Source: an uncultured Candidatus Peribacteria bacterium (GTDB taxonomy: Bacteria; Patescibacteriota; Gracilibacteria; Peribacterales; Peribacteraceae). Taken from it: 64,000 nucleotides of DNA. A program made the translations under genes and the position numbers. Of the stretch, positions 16,462 through 25,065 are shown in pieces. Numbering within the stretch: the first letter of the stretch is position 1; the number at the start of each line of letters is the position of its first letter. The notes under the pieces were generated by a model. That model searched no databases and was not told where the DNA came from. It saw only the letters and a list, made by a program, of their open reading frames with translations. The DNA is taken from positions 36,566 to 100,565 of the forward strand of contig CAYOFI010000004.1 of assembly GCA_964403335.1 (NCBI GenBank). Direction: 5' to 3'.

Positions 16462-17946
16462 ATGCTATGCTCGGCGAACATGACTACACCTACCCCGACC
16501 GGCGCACATCGTTTTGACGAACTTGGGATCGCGCCGAATATCCTGCAATTGCTGGAGAAGGCAAAATTCTTCACACCAACGCCTATTCAGCACCAAGCGA
16601 TTCCCATCGCCGTGCAAGGCAAAGACGTGATCGGCATCGCCCAGACGGGAACGGGCAAGACGCTCGCTTTCGGTATTCCGATGCTCCAGCGGCTTTCTCA
16701 GGGTCCGGGCCGTGGGCTCGTGATCCTGCCGACGCGCGAATTGGCGTATCAGGTGGAAGAGGCGCTCGCGCCGTTTGCGAAGGTATTGGGTATTGGAACG
16801 GCAGTATTCGTCGGTGGTGCGTCCATGAATTTGCAGCGCCAGATGCTGCGCCGCAACCCGCGCATTCTGATTGTCACACCGGGTCGTTTGAACGATCACC
16901 TGCAGCAGGGGACGGTCACTCTCAAAGAAGTCTCGATTCTGGTGCTCGACGAAGCCGACCGCATGTTGGACATGGGATTCAAACCGCAGATCGATAAAAT
17001 CCTGGCCCACGTCCCGCGCCCGCGCCAGACCATGCTCTTTTCCGCGACGATGCCCCAGGAAATCCTCAAACTTGCGAGCACGCAAATGAGCATGCCGCTG
17101 CGGATTGAAGTCGCTCCCCAGGGAACGGCTGCGGAGAAAGTGGAGCAGGAACTCTTCATAGTGCCGAAGACGGAGAAGATGCGTTTGTTGGAAAAGTTGC
17201 TGCAGGAATACAAGGGCACGGTGCTCGTGTTCTCCCGCACCAAGCACGGTGCCAAAAAGATGACGCGCGTGCTGCAGACGCTCGGCCACAGTGTGGCGGA
17301 GATCCACGCCAACCGGTCACTCGGCCAGCGCCGCGAGGCATTGGAAGGATTCAAGTCGGGCAAGTACCGCATTCTGATCGCCACGGATATCGCCGCGCGC
17401 GGCATCGACGTGACGGGCATCGAAGTCGTCATCAACTACGATTTGCCGGATGATCCCGCCGATTACGTTCACCGCATCGGCCGCACGGCGCGCGCGGGCA
17501 GAGAAGGAAAGGCCGTGTCGTTCGCGTCTCCGGACCAGGCCATGAACATCCGGGCCATCGAAAAACTCATCCGCGCACCGCTCCGCAAAAGCCAGTTGCC
17601 GACGCTTCCGGCAGGGCGTATCGAGCACTCACCCGGTTCCGAGCACCGTCCGGACACCCGGCATCGCCACGATTCCGGACAACAGCGCGGACATCGCGGC
17701 CGCAACGAGACGCGCCCGCGGAGGACGCATCACGCCGAACACGCGCGTCCTGCGCGCAACGATCATCCGCATCCCAAAAAAGAGTCTTTCGCGGACACTC
17801 CGATGCCGTCGGGACCCGTCTCCCAACAGTTCACGCCGTTCGGACCCGCATCGCAGCTGTATACGCAGCAGGGGAATCCGAATCCGTCGACGCTCCCGGA
17901 ATTCAAAGGACCGAAGCCGCGCGGATACGGTCGCAAGGGGCGCTGA
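16462..17946 (+). CDS. DEAD-box ATP-dependent RNA helicase
   Basis: It has a Q-motif region, AQTGTGKT, PTRELA, DEAD, SAT, HRIGRTARAG and a basic C-terminal tail. An alternative start lies at 16480. Confidence 0.92.
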   Translation: MLCSANMTTPTPTGAHRFDELGIAPNILQLLEKAKFFTPTPIQHQAIPIAVQGKDVIGIAQTGTGKTLAFGIPMLQRLSQGPGRGLVILPTRELAYQVEEALAPFAKVLGIGTAVFVGGASMNLQRQMLRRNPRILIVTPGRLNDHLQQGTVTLKEVSILVLDEADRMLDMGFKPQIDKILAHVPRPRQTMLFSATMPQEILKLASTQMSMPLRIEVAPQGTAAEKVEQELFIVPKTEKMRLLEKLLQEYKGTVLVFSRTKHGAKKMTRVLQTLGHSVAEIHANRSLGQRREALEGFKSGKYRILIATDIAARGIDVTGIEVVINYDLPDDPADYVHRIGRTARAGREGKAVSFASPDQAMNIRAIEKLIRAPLRKSQLPTLPAGRIEHSPGSEHRPDTRHRHDSGQQRGHRGRNETRPRRTHHAEHARPARNDHPHPKKESFADTPMPSGPVSQQFTPFGPASQLYTQQGNPNPSTLPEFKGPKPRGYGRKGR

Positions 17947-18057
17947 GGGCGTTGATGTACACCAAAACGCACGCCGCTTCTTTGAGAAAAGTGGTAACGT
18001 CTCGCGGCGTTCGTCGTCAGCATTGATGACAGAGTGTGTTTCCTTCCCCACTTTTCT

Positions 18058-18654
18058 ATGCGTGCTTCTCATAAAACCGCAGCATCGGTTTCCATCGCGC
18101 TTCTTTCCGTGGCTCTGCTCGGCACCGCCGTGGCGCAGCCGTACTCGTCCCAAGATCCGGGAGATGGCGTCCGCAAATGCGTGCAGCAGTATCTGCTCAA
18201 TCATCACGGCGACTTCAATCGTCAGGCATTCCGCAAATGCGTCCGTGCCGCCGTCTTCGGCAATAACGGAAACAGCAATGGCGGCTGGTGGAACAGCTCG
18301 AGCAACAGTTCGATGTCCCGCTCCTCCATGCCTTCTTCCCGGTCCTCTGCGTCCAGCATGAGTTCATCATCGATGTCTTCCGTCAGTTCCATGAGCTCCA
18401 GCAAGAGCTCAATGAGTTCCGTCTCATCGATGTCCTCGTCCAAGAGTTCCACGAGCAGCATGTCGTCGATGAGTTCGTCGTCGATGTCTTCTCTTAGTTC
18501 CATGAGCTCCAGCAAGAGCTCGGCAAGCTCGATGATGTCCAGCAAGTCCTCCTCCTCGTTCGGTTGGTGGAACGGGAACAACTGGCATGACAACGATGAT
18601 GACGATAACGACTGGAACGAGGGGTGGAATCACGGTCGTCACAACCGCTGGTGA
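18058..18654 (+). CDS. Secreted Ser-rich repeat protein with a W/N/D-rich C-terminus
   Basis: The signal peptide is MRASHKTAASVSIALLSVALLGTAVA. Tandem SSMSSSKSS-type repeats follow, and the protein ends GWWNGNNWHDNDDDDNDWNEGWNHGRHNRW. Confidence 0.6.
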   Translation: MRASHKTAASVSIALLSVALLGTAVAQPYSSQDPGDGVRKCVQQYLLNHHGDFNRQAFRKCVRAAVFGNNGNSNGGWWNSSSNSSMSRSSMPSSRSSASSMSSSSMSSVSSMSSSKSSMSSVSSMSSSKSSTSSMSSMSSSSMSSLSSMSSSKSSASSMMSSKSSSSFGWWNGNNWHDNDDDDNDWNEGWNHGRHNRW

Positions 18655-18658
18655 TCAA

Positions 18659-19141
18659 TTAGTTCTGGTGGCGGATCAACCATCCTTGCTCCGCCTTGAT
18701 GGAACGCAGGAAGACATGTTCCTTGTAGTCTTTCTTCACCACGTATCCGGTGCCATTGCCCTCGGCCTGCGGATCGACGGGCATGGCATCCAGGTAGGGC
18801 GCGAGTACCTCTTTGAGATCGAGCAGTCCTTCGCAACTTGCGGCATCCCAACGGCAGATTTCTTGTTCCTCGGTGATCAAGATCTTCTTGGGCGCGATGT
18901 TGGCGACCCTGCGGTATTCCGCGAGGGCGCTGCCGATGTTCTTCAAGTCCAATTTGCGCCGATCGTTGCGCTGACGCCAGGGCTGATTGCGGATTTTGGT
19001 GCCTTGGGGAACGACTTTGCGCGTCGTGTTGTCGTATTTTGTTGGCGTTTTACCATTGGACAGTTTGATGAAGAGCGCGTGAGCGGGAGCGGCACTTACA
19101 AAAAGTGAGAGGGCGAGGGTGAGAGAGAGGAGGCGGGACAT
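18659..19141 (-). CDS. Hypothetical secreted protein (160 aa)
   Basis: It has a signal peptide MSRLLSLTLALSLFVSAAPAHA and no recognised domain. Confidence 0.6.
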   Translation of the reverse strand: MSRLLSLTLALSLFVSAAPAHALFIKLSNGKTPTKYDNTTRKVVPQGTKIRNQPWRQRNDRRKLDLKNIGSALAEYRRVANIAPKKILITEEQEICRWDAASCEGLLDLKEVLAPYLDAMPVDPQAEGNGTGYVVKKDYKEHVFLRSIKAEQGWLIRHQN

Positions 19142-19148
19142 GGAAGTG

Positions 19149-19238
19149 GAGAACTGAGAATGGAAAATTGAAAATTATGGCAGCAACTCAGATCATGATG
19201 GTACTTCCATAATTTTCAATTCTCAATTTTTCATTTTT
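19149..19238. repeat. Tandem-heptad inverted repeat (GAGAAYT/GAAAATT)4 ... reverse complement
   Basis: The arms are 19149-19180 and 19207-19238 with a 26-nt loop containing GTACTTCCAT. The right arm overlaps the AI-2E stop codon. Confidence 0.85.
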
Positions 19239-20418
19239 AATTACGAACAATTCTTGCCTTCTGCCACATCCGCACATCTTCCAAAAATATCCCGATGATG
19301 CTTGCGAGCGGAATCGAGAGCAGCAAGCCCAACACCGGGTGCACGATTTTGGGGAAGCTGACGCCCATCAGCATCGCGGCGAGGATGGCGACGGCGGAGA
19401 TATCCACCGAGTGCTTCATGATCATCGGCACGATGAAGTTGTTTTCGGCGAATTGGATCAAGTAGTACGCGGCCGCCACGACCAGCGCCCACAGGAAGCC
19501 GCCGTGCGCCAGCGCGATCATCACGCCCGGCACGGCGCCGATGAGCGGACCCACGTAGGGAATGAATTCCGTGAAGCCGGCGAGGAGTGACAACGTGAGT
19601 GCGTACGGCACGCGCAGAATGACCAGGATGACGAACGTGATCGCCGCGATCACCAGGCAGAGCAGCAGCTGTCCGCGGATCCATTGCCCCAGTTTTTGAT
19701 TGATCTGGCGGGTTTTCAGACTGATATACGGCCACATTCGTTTGGGAAACAGCCGCGTGAACCAATCCGTCAGGTGGTCGCGCTCCAGCTGCAGGAAGAA
19801 TGCGCACACCAGTACCAGCAGTAAATCCAGCGTGAAGGCCACCAGCGAACCGGCCAGTCCGGATAAGAATTGCAGCGATCCCGCTGCCAAACTGCTGAGG
19901 TATGCGCTCATTTGTTGCAGCGCGTCGGGCCCGGTAAGCGCAAGGCTGCGGAGCGCGGAACGCAGCATGATGGTGAGCCGCACGTTCATCTCCGCCGAGA
20001 GCAGAGGGAACTCTATGGTTCTTTCGGTCAGCAGACGCTGGACTTCGGTATTGGCGAGCGTCGCAATACCCCCGACCTGCTCGGCGATAACCGGTACGAG
20101 CGAGAAAATGAGAAACAGCGCCACCGCAAAAAACAGAATGTAATGCAGTAAAATGGCCAAGCTGGCCGGCACTCTCCATCTTTTCAGCAGACGCACGCCG
20201 GGGTCCATGATGGTGGCGATGAAAACGCCCAGGAAGAACAGCACGATCACGTGTTGCAGCTGGACGATAAACACCGTTCCGACGGCGATCGCCAGCACGG
20301 CCAATGTGGCCTGCACGGCGCTGATGGTGGACAGTTCGCCCGTGACCTGGCGTTTGCCATGCGTGATCGTCAACAAGGGACTGCTCTTTGCCGTTGATGC
20401 GGATTTTTGCTTCGGCAT
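19237..20418 (-). CDS. AI-2E family transporter (PerM/UPF0118)
   Basis: It has eight TM helices and ...TEFIPYVGPLIGAVPGVMIAL... The start is set at the ATG at 20418, because the longer extension is encoded by the repeat. Confidence 0.85.
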   Translation of the reverse strand: MPKQKSASTAKSSPLLTITHGKRQVTGELSTISAVQATLAVLAIAVGTVFIVQLQHVIVLFFLGVFIATIMDPGVRLLKRWRVPASLAILLHYILFFAVALFLIFSLVPVIAEQVGGIATLANTEVQRLLTERTIEFPLLSAEMNVRLTIMLRSALRSLALTGPDALQQMSAYLSSLAAGSLQFLSGLAGSLVAFTLDLLLVLVCAFFLQLERDHLTDWFTRLFPKRMWPYISLKTRQINQKLGQWIRGQLLLCLVIAAITFVILVILRVPYALTLSLLAGFTEFIPYVGPLIGAVPGVMIALAHGGFLWALVVAAAYYLIQFAENNFIVPMIMKHSVDISAVAILAAMLMGVSFPKIVHPVLGLLLSIPLASIIGIFLEDVRMWQKARIVRN

Positions 20419-20450
20419 CGCCGGAGAGGAAGGATACCGGAGAGAGGTGG

Positions 20451-20532
20451 TAGAAGGGATAGACGCCATAGACGGAATAGAGGTGTGTTCTGTACTTCTA
20501 TCGCGTCTATCCCTTCTATTCCGTCTATTTCA
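20451..20532. repeat. Tandem-nonamer inverted repeat, family C (TAGANNNNN)4 ... (TCTATNNNN)4
   Basis: The left arm is tagaaggga tagacgcca tagacggaa tagaggtgt, and the right arm is tctatcgcg tctatccct tctattccg tctatttca. The element ends 1 nt before the ABC gene stop codon. Confidence 0.85.
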
Positions 20533-22311
20533 TCACTCCCCAATAAACCCCCCTGCCTGCAACTCGTACAACTGCCGGTATGCGCCGTTCTCTTTGGCGA
20601 CCAATTCCGCATGTGTGCCTTCTTCCGCGATCTTTCCGTCTTCGATCACCAAGATACGGTCGGCTTTTTTGATGGTCGACAAGCGGTGCGCGATGACGAT
20701 GGACGTTCGGCTCTTCATCAAATATTCCAATCCCTCTTGGATGTACGATTCTGAAAGGGAGTCCAAACTGCTGGTCGCTTCGTCCAGTACAAGGATCGGC
20801 GTATCGGCCAAGATGGCGCGGGCGATGGCCACGCGCTGGCGTTCGCCGCCGGAGAGTTTCACGCCGCGTTCGCCGACGAGCGTGTCGTACTTCAGGGGGA
20901 GTTTTTCGACGAATTCATGCGCATGCGCGAGCCGTGCCACGCGTTCGATATCCTCCCTGGAAGCGCCGGGATTGCCGTACGCGATGTTCTCCGCGATCGA
21001 CCGATGAAACAGCATCGGGTCTTGCGGCACCAAGCCGATACCGCGGCGCACGCTCTCCTGCGTGACATCCGCGATATTCTGTCCGTCGATGACGATGCGG
21101 CCTTCGTTCACGTCGTAGAACCGGAAGAGGAGTTTGACGAACGTGCTCTTGCCGCCGCCGGAATGCCCGACCAAGGCGATCTTCTCGCCGGGACGGATGG
21201 TCACGGAGAAATCTTTGAAGATCCAGCGGGAAGCCGGTTCGTACCGGAAGCTCGCGTTGTCGAAGACGATCTCTCCACGCGGGACGTTCAGTGGTTTTGC
21301 ATCCGGCTTGTCCGTCACCGTGAGCGGACGCTGAGCCAAACCGACCATCTCTTCGCAGTGAGCCAGGTTGCGCAGGAAGTCGCGCAAGTTGCGCCCGATC
21401 TCGGAGAGCCTTGCCCACAGCATGCCCACGTAAAACGTCGCGATGATAAAGCTTCCCGGGGAAAATTCTCCCTTGGACCACAGCCATGCGCCCAACAGCA
21501 GCACAACGCCTTCCACGATGATCAGCGCCGTGAATTGCACGAATGTCACGAGGTTGGCGACCATCCACGTCCGCCATTGGCGATGACGCATTTCCCGCAG
21601 ATTTTCGCCATGCCGTTTGTCTTCGCGCATCTCCGTCGCGAACGATTTCACCAGCGCGTTGCCCGTGAGTGTATCGACCACGTTGGCGCTGACTTTCGTA
21701 TCCTGTTCGTCCACCCAGCTGTAATAGCGGGAGAGATACAAGTTGAGCGAGATGGAAAGCGCGCCGTAGAGGATCATGCTGACGAGCATCGCGCCCGCGA
21801 TGACGGGGGCCAGCCGGAGCAAGACGATCGTGAGACCGATGATCACGACGACCGCCGGGATGAAGTTCATCCATATGCGGTCCAGAATGCCTTCAATGGC
21901 ATCGACGCCCCTGCGGATTTTGCGCGACGTCGCGCCCGCAAACGCATTCACATGGAATCCCGTGGAGAGCCGCTGCACTTTGGCGAACACGTCGCTGTCC
22001 ATCTGCGGCATCATCCGCGTCTCGATCCAGGCCAAGATCTGCATGCCCAGTTGTTCGCAGACGTTCCAGGCAAAGGCGCAGCCCACCCCAAAGAGGATCA
22101 TCCACACCGCGTGCCAATACACCGCCGTGTCGCCCGGAGTCCCCGTGGCCACGGCATCGATCGCTTCTTTGTAGAAGAACGGTTGTGCCAGCGTCGCGAC
22201 CGTCGAACCAAGCAGCAAAATCATCATCCCCAGCAACTGCGGCAGATACCTGCGCATGTACGGCCAAATAAAGGCTGCCACCTGCCTGTGGGTGACGGGG
22301 GACTTTTCCAT
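20533..22311 (-). CDS. ABC transporter, fused permease/ATPase (MsbA-like exporter)
   Basis: It has a six-TM domain, Walker A GHSGGGKST, the signature LSGGERQRVAIARAIL and Walker B ILVLDEATS. Confidence 0.92.
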   Translation of the reverse strand: MEKSPVTHRQVAAFIWPYMRRYLPQLLGMMILLLGSTVATLAQPFFYKEAIDAVATGTPGDTAVYWHAVWMILFGVGCAFAWNVCEQLGMQILAWIETRMMPQMDSDVFAKVQRLSTGFHVNAFAGATSRKIRRGVDAIEGILDRIWMNFIPAVVVIIGLTIVLLRLAPVIAGAMLVSMILYGALSISLNLYLSRYYSWVDEQDTKVSANVVDTLTGNALVKSFATEMREDKRHGENLREMRHRQWRTWMVANLVTFVQFTALIIVEGVVLLLGAWLWSKGEFSPGSFIIATFYVGMLWARLSEIGRNLRDFLRNLAHCEEMVGLAQRPLTVTDKPDAKPLNVPRGEIVFDNASFRYEPASRWIFKDFSVTIRPGEKIALVGHSGGGKSTFVKLLFRFYDVNEGRIVIDGQNIADVTQESVRRGIGLVPQDPMLFHRSIAENIAYGNPGASREDIERVARLAHAHEFVEKLPLKYDTLVGERGVKLSGGERQRVAIARAILADTPILVLDEATSSLDSLSESYIQEGLEYLMKSRTSIVIAHRLSTIKKADRILVIEDGKIAEEGTHAELVAKENGAYRQLYELQAGGFIGE

Positions 22312-22381
22312 AAAAGAGCGCGCAGGATAGCGCAGAAGCAAGCATTGCTGCGAGGAAATAGTCGGGATTTTTTGCGGCTGA

Positions 22382-22918
22382 TCAGTCGTGAAACTTGATC
22401 AAATTCTGGAGAGGCATGCGTTCATGATGCGCACTGGCTTCTTCCTCGCCTTTTTTGTAGTGCCCGAGCATCACGCCGCCGACGACGATTTCATTCGGGG
22501 GCAGCGCAAGCACCTCATGTGCGGGTCCGTGATGGAGGGAGACCCAGCAGCTGCCAAGATCCAGAGCCGTTGCTCCCAGGAGCATATGGGTCATGGCCGA
22601 CATGCAGGAATACTCCAATTCCCGCGGGTTCCACAGTATTTCCTGTGTCTTTGGCGCCGCGGTTTTGTCGCACGTGACGAGGATGAACGTACCGGCTCCC
22701 GCGATGAAATTTCCGTAGCAGCAGGTCTCCATCAGCTGCTTCATGAGTGCGGGATTCTGGATGACATGGAATCTCCACGGCTGGGCATTGCCCACGCTGG
22801 GGGACATGTGCGCCAGGTCCAACAGCGACAGTATTTCCTTTTGCGTCACGGGCTTTGCATCGAAATACCGGATGCTGCGCCGATTTTTACACAGTGCGGA
22901 GAAATCGTCGAAAGTCAT
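22382..22918 (-). CDS. Nitroreductase family protein
   Basis: NRRSIRYFDAKPV...SPSVGNAQPWRFHVI. Confidence 0.85.
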   Translation of the reverse strand: MTFDDFSALCKNRRSIRYFDAKPVTQKEILSLLDLAHMSPSVGNAQPWRFHVIQNPALMKQLMETCCYGNFIAGAGTFILVTCDKTAAPKTQEILWNPRELEYSCMSAMTHMLLGATALDLGSCWVSLHHGPAHEVLALPPNEIVVGGVMLGHYKKGEEEASAHHERMPLQNLIKFHD

Positions 22919-22956
22919 GGTTCAGCAGAGAAGAATAGTTCCAGTATACTCCCGCC

Positions 22957-23409
22957 ATGCCAGTCGTCTCCCAGCTCGCTCCCGATATCGTCCTGCCTGA
23001 CCAAACCGGCGCCACGAAGCGTTTGGGGGATTTCCGCGGGTCGTATGTGCTGTTGTATTTCTATCCGAAAGACGACACGCCCGGCTGCACCATCGAATCC
23101 TGCGGTTTCCGGGATCTGCATCCGGAATTCCTGAAGCGCAATTGCATCGTGATCGGCATCAGCGCCGATGATGTGGACAGCCATAAACGTTTTGCCGAAC
23201 ATCACAGCCTGCCGTTTTCACTTCTTGCCGATGTCGACAGGCGGACGATCGACGAATACGAAACGTGGAAAGACGCGGAGAAGAAGACGGGGATCGCTCG
23301 CACGTCGTTCCTGATTGATCCCGATGGCAAGATTGTGAAGATCTATGCTGTGGGAGAAGCGAGTGTGCATCCGGCGGAAGTGTTGAGAGACTTGGACAAT
23401 CAAGGCTAA
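22957..23409 (+). CDS. bcp: Peroxiredoxin, Bcp type
   Basis: YFYPKDDTPGCTIESCGFRD active-site motif. Confidence 0.9.
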   Translation: MPVVSQLAPDIVLPDQTGATKRLGDFRGSYVLLYFYPKDDTPGCTIESCGFRDLHPEFLKRNCIVIGISADDVDSHKRFAEHHSLPFSLLADVDRRTIDEYETWKDAEKKTGIARTSFLIDPDGKIVKIYAVGEASVHPAEVLRDLDNQG

Positions 23410-23521
23410 GGACTGAGGCTAAGGCTAAGTTCGAAAGAATATATTTTTGAAGTTTGATGTACACTTTCTTCGTATTTTTCTGTGCTCCCGTTCTTAGCCT
23501 TAGCCTTTTTTCTTAGCCTTA
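23404..23521. repeat. Tandem-heptad inverted repeat, family A, with a 63-nt spacer
   Basis: The left arm is ggctaaggactgaggctaaggctaag (23404-23429) and contains the bcp stop codon. The right arm cttagccttagcc...cttagcctta (23493-23521) ends 4 nt before the next ATG. Confidence 0.85.
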
Positions 23522-23525
23522 TCCG

Positions 23526-24455
23526 ATGATCGACTACCACCGCCTCATTCTCGGCGACAACGTCCGCAATACCGCATTCGCGGAAGCGCTGCGGCGTACC
23601 GTCAAAAAAGGGGAGAGCATCGTGGCGGATATCGGATCGGGGACCGGCTACCTCGCATTCTTGGCGTCGAAATTCGGGGCAAAGCAGTGCCATTTATATG
23701 AGCAAGTTCCGACGATGCTCAAGCTCAGCAAGGACATCGCGAAAGCCAACGGTATCGACAACTGCGTCTTTCATCCTCAGCACTCCGCCAGCGTCCGCAA
23801 TCCGGCCAGGGCGGATATTCTCGTGTCCGAGACATTGGGCAACTACGCCTTGGAAGAAAACATGCTGGAGACGCTGCGTGATGCGAAGAGGTTTTTGAAG
23901 CCGGACGGCATCGTCATTCCGCAGAAGTTGACGCAGTGGATCGCGCCTATCGTGAGCCCGCGATTCCATCAGGAACTCGATGTGTGGCACACTCTCGGTG
24001 AAGGACTCGATTTCTCTGTGGCCCGCGATGTGTGCTTCCATAACATCTACGTCCGCACGATCCAGGCATCCGATTTGATGAACGAGCTTCCCGCCAAGCA
24101 GTGGGATGCGATCGATTTCCGCGAGGACGAAGACAGCATCCGGTCGGCTGAAGTCGAATGGAAAGTCACCAAGCCCACGACGATGTATGGCTTGGGGATG
24201 TGGTGGGACTGTGAGCTTATTCCCGGCGTCACGCTCTCCACGGCGCCGGATTCCCCGCGCACGCATTGGGAGCAGATTTATCTGCCGGTCCTCGATCCCA
24301 TCACGATCGAAAAAGGAGAGACGGTGCGGTGCGTCATCCGCTCCGACACGCGCTACGAAGTGAAAGTGCACGTGAAATGGGAGGTGTCCGTCGTTGATGC
24401 GAAAGGGAAGCGAAGAATGCAGGTGGCAAGGGATATGGTCAAAGGACAGGTGTAA
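23526..24455 (+). CDS. Protein arginine N-methyltransferase (PRMT)-like class I SAM methyltransferase
   Basis: It has motif I VADIGSGTGYL, a double-E loop SETLGNYALEENM, LKPDGIVIP and a THW loop (SPRTHWEQIYLP). Confidence 0.75.
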   Translation: MIDYHRLILGDNVRNTAFAEALRRTVKKGESIVADIGSGTGYLAFLASKFGAKQCHLYEQVPTMLKLSKDIAKANGIDNCVFHPQHSASVRNPARADILVSETLGNYALEENMLETLRDAKRFLKPDGIVIPQKLTQWIAPIVSPRFHQELDVWHTLGEGLDFSVARDVCFHNIYVRTIQASDLMNELPAKQWDAIDFREDEDSIRSAEVEWKVTKPTTMYGLGMWWDCELIPGVTLSTAPDSPRTHWEQIYLPVLDPITIEKGETVRCVIRSDTRYEVKVHVKWEVSVVDAKGKRRMQVARDMVKGQV

Positions 24456-24465
24456 GCTGACATTC

Positions 24466-25065
24466 ATGGCAAACGGTGCACCGAAAGGGAAGAAGCAGGC
24501 CTCCACTCCGCGCGAAGCGCATTTGGCCAAGATCATCGAGCGCAATATCGATACGCTGTTGGAAGTGCGCCGTCAGATGGATCAAAACCGCACGGTGCAG
24601 GACCGCATCGCGGATTGGATCACGGCGTTTTCCGGGAGCATGGCGTTTTTGTACTTCCACATCGTGTGGTTCGGGGGATGGATCATGGTGAACGTGGGCT
24701 GGTTCGGGCTGAAGGCCTTCGATCCGTTTCCGTTCGGACTCCTCACGATGATCGTGTCGCTGGAGGCGATCTTCCTGTCGACATTCGTGCTCATCTCCCA
24801 AAACCGTTCTTCTGCCATCAGCGACGAACGATCGGATTTGGATCTGCATATCGATCTTTTGGCCGAATATGAAATCACCAAAATCCTCCGTCTTGCCGAT
24901 GCGATTGCGGACAAGCTGAATGCCAAAGAGGGGAAAGACAAAGAGCTGCCACAGCTGGAGCAAATCATCTCGCCGGACAAAGTCCTGCACGAAATCCAGA
25001 GGCGGAAGGTGCAGAAGCAGGGCGTGGAGGGGAATGATGTCGAATTGGCGAAGCGCAGCCGGTGA
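24466..25065 (+). CDS. DUF1003 domain membrane protein
   Basis: DRIADWITAFSGSMAFLYFHIVWFGGWIMVN...FDPFPFGLLTMIVSLEAIFLSTFVLISQNR. Confidence 0.8.
   Translation: MANGAPKGKKQASTPREAHLAKIIERNIDTLLEVRRQMDQNRTVQDRIADWITAFSGSMAFLYFHIVWFGGWIMVNVGWFGLKAFDPFPFGLLTMIVSLEAIFLSTFVLISQNRSSAISDERSDLDLHIDLLAEYEITKILRLADAIADKLNAKEGKDKELPQLEQIISPDKVLHEIQRRKVQKQGVEGNDVELAKRSR

Noticed and set aside
18222-18593. 123-aa acidic Leu/Glu/Asp-rich ORF
   Set aside because: It is the exact mirror of the Ser-rich repeat gene, because AGC/TCC codons read backwards give GCT/GGA and so on. The forward gene has a signal peptide.
20917-22398. 493-aa plus-strand ORF opposite the ABC exporter gene
   Set aside because: It is antisense to a gene with unambiguous Walker/ABC motifs. 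Its translation is Arg/His/Asp-rich junk, which is typical of mirror ORFs in GC-rich DNA.
23694-24545. 283-aa minus-strand ORF over the PRMT-like gene, and the 406-aa plus-strand ORF at 25165-26385 over the DUF1704 gene
   Set aside because: These are mirror ORFs of motif-bearing genes. They contain no recognisable motifs of their own.
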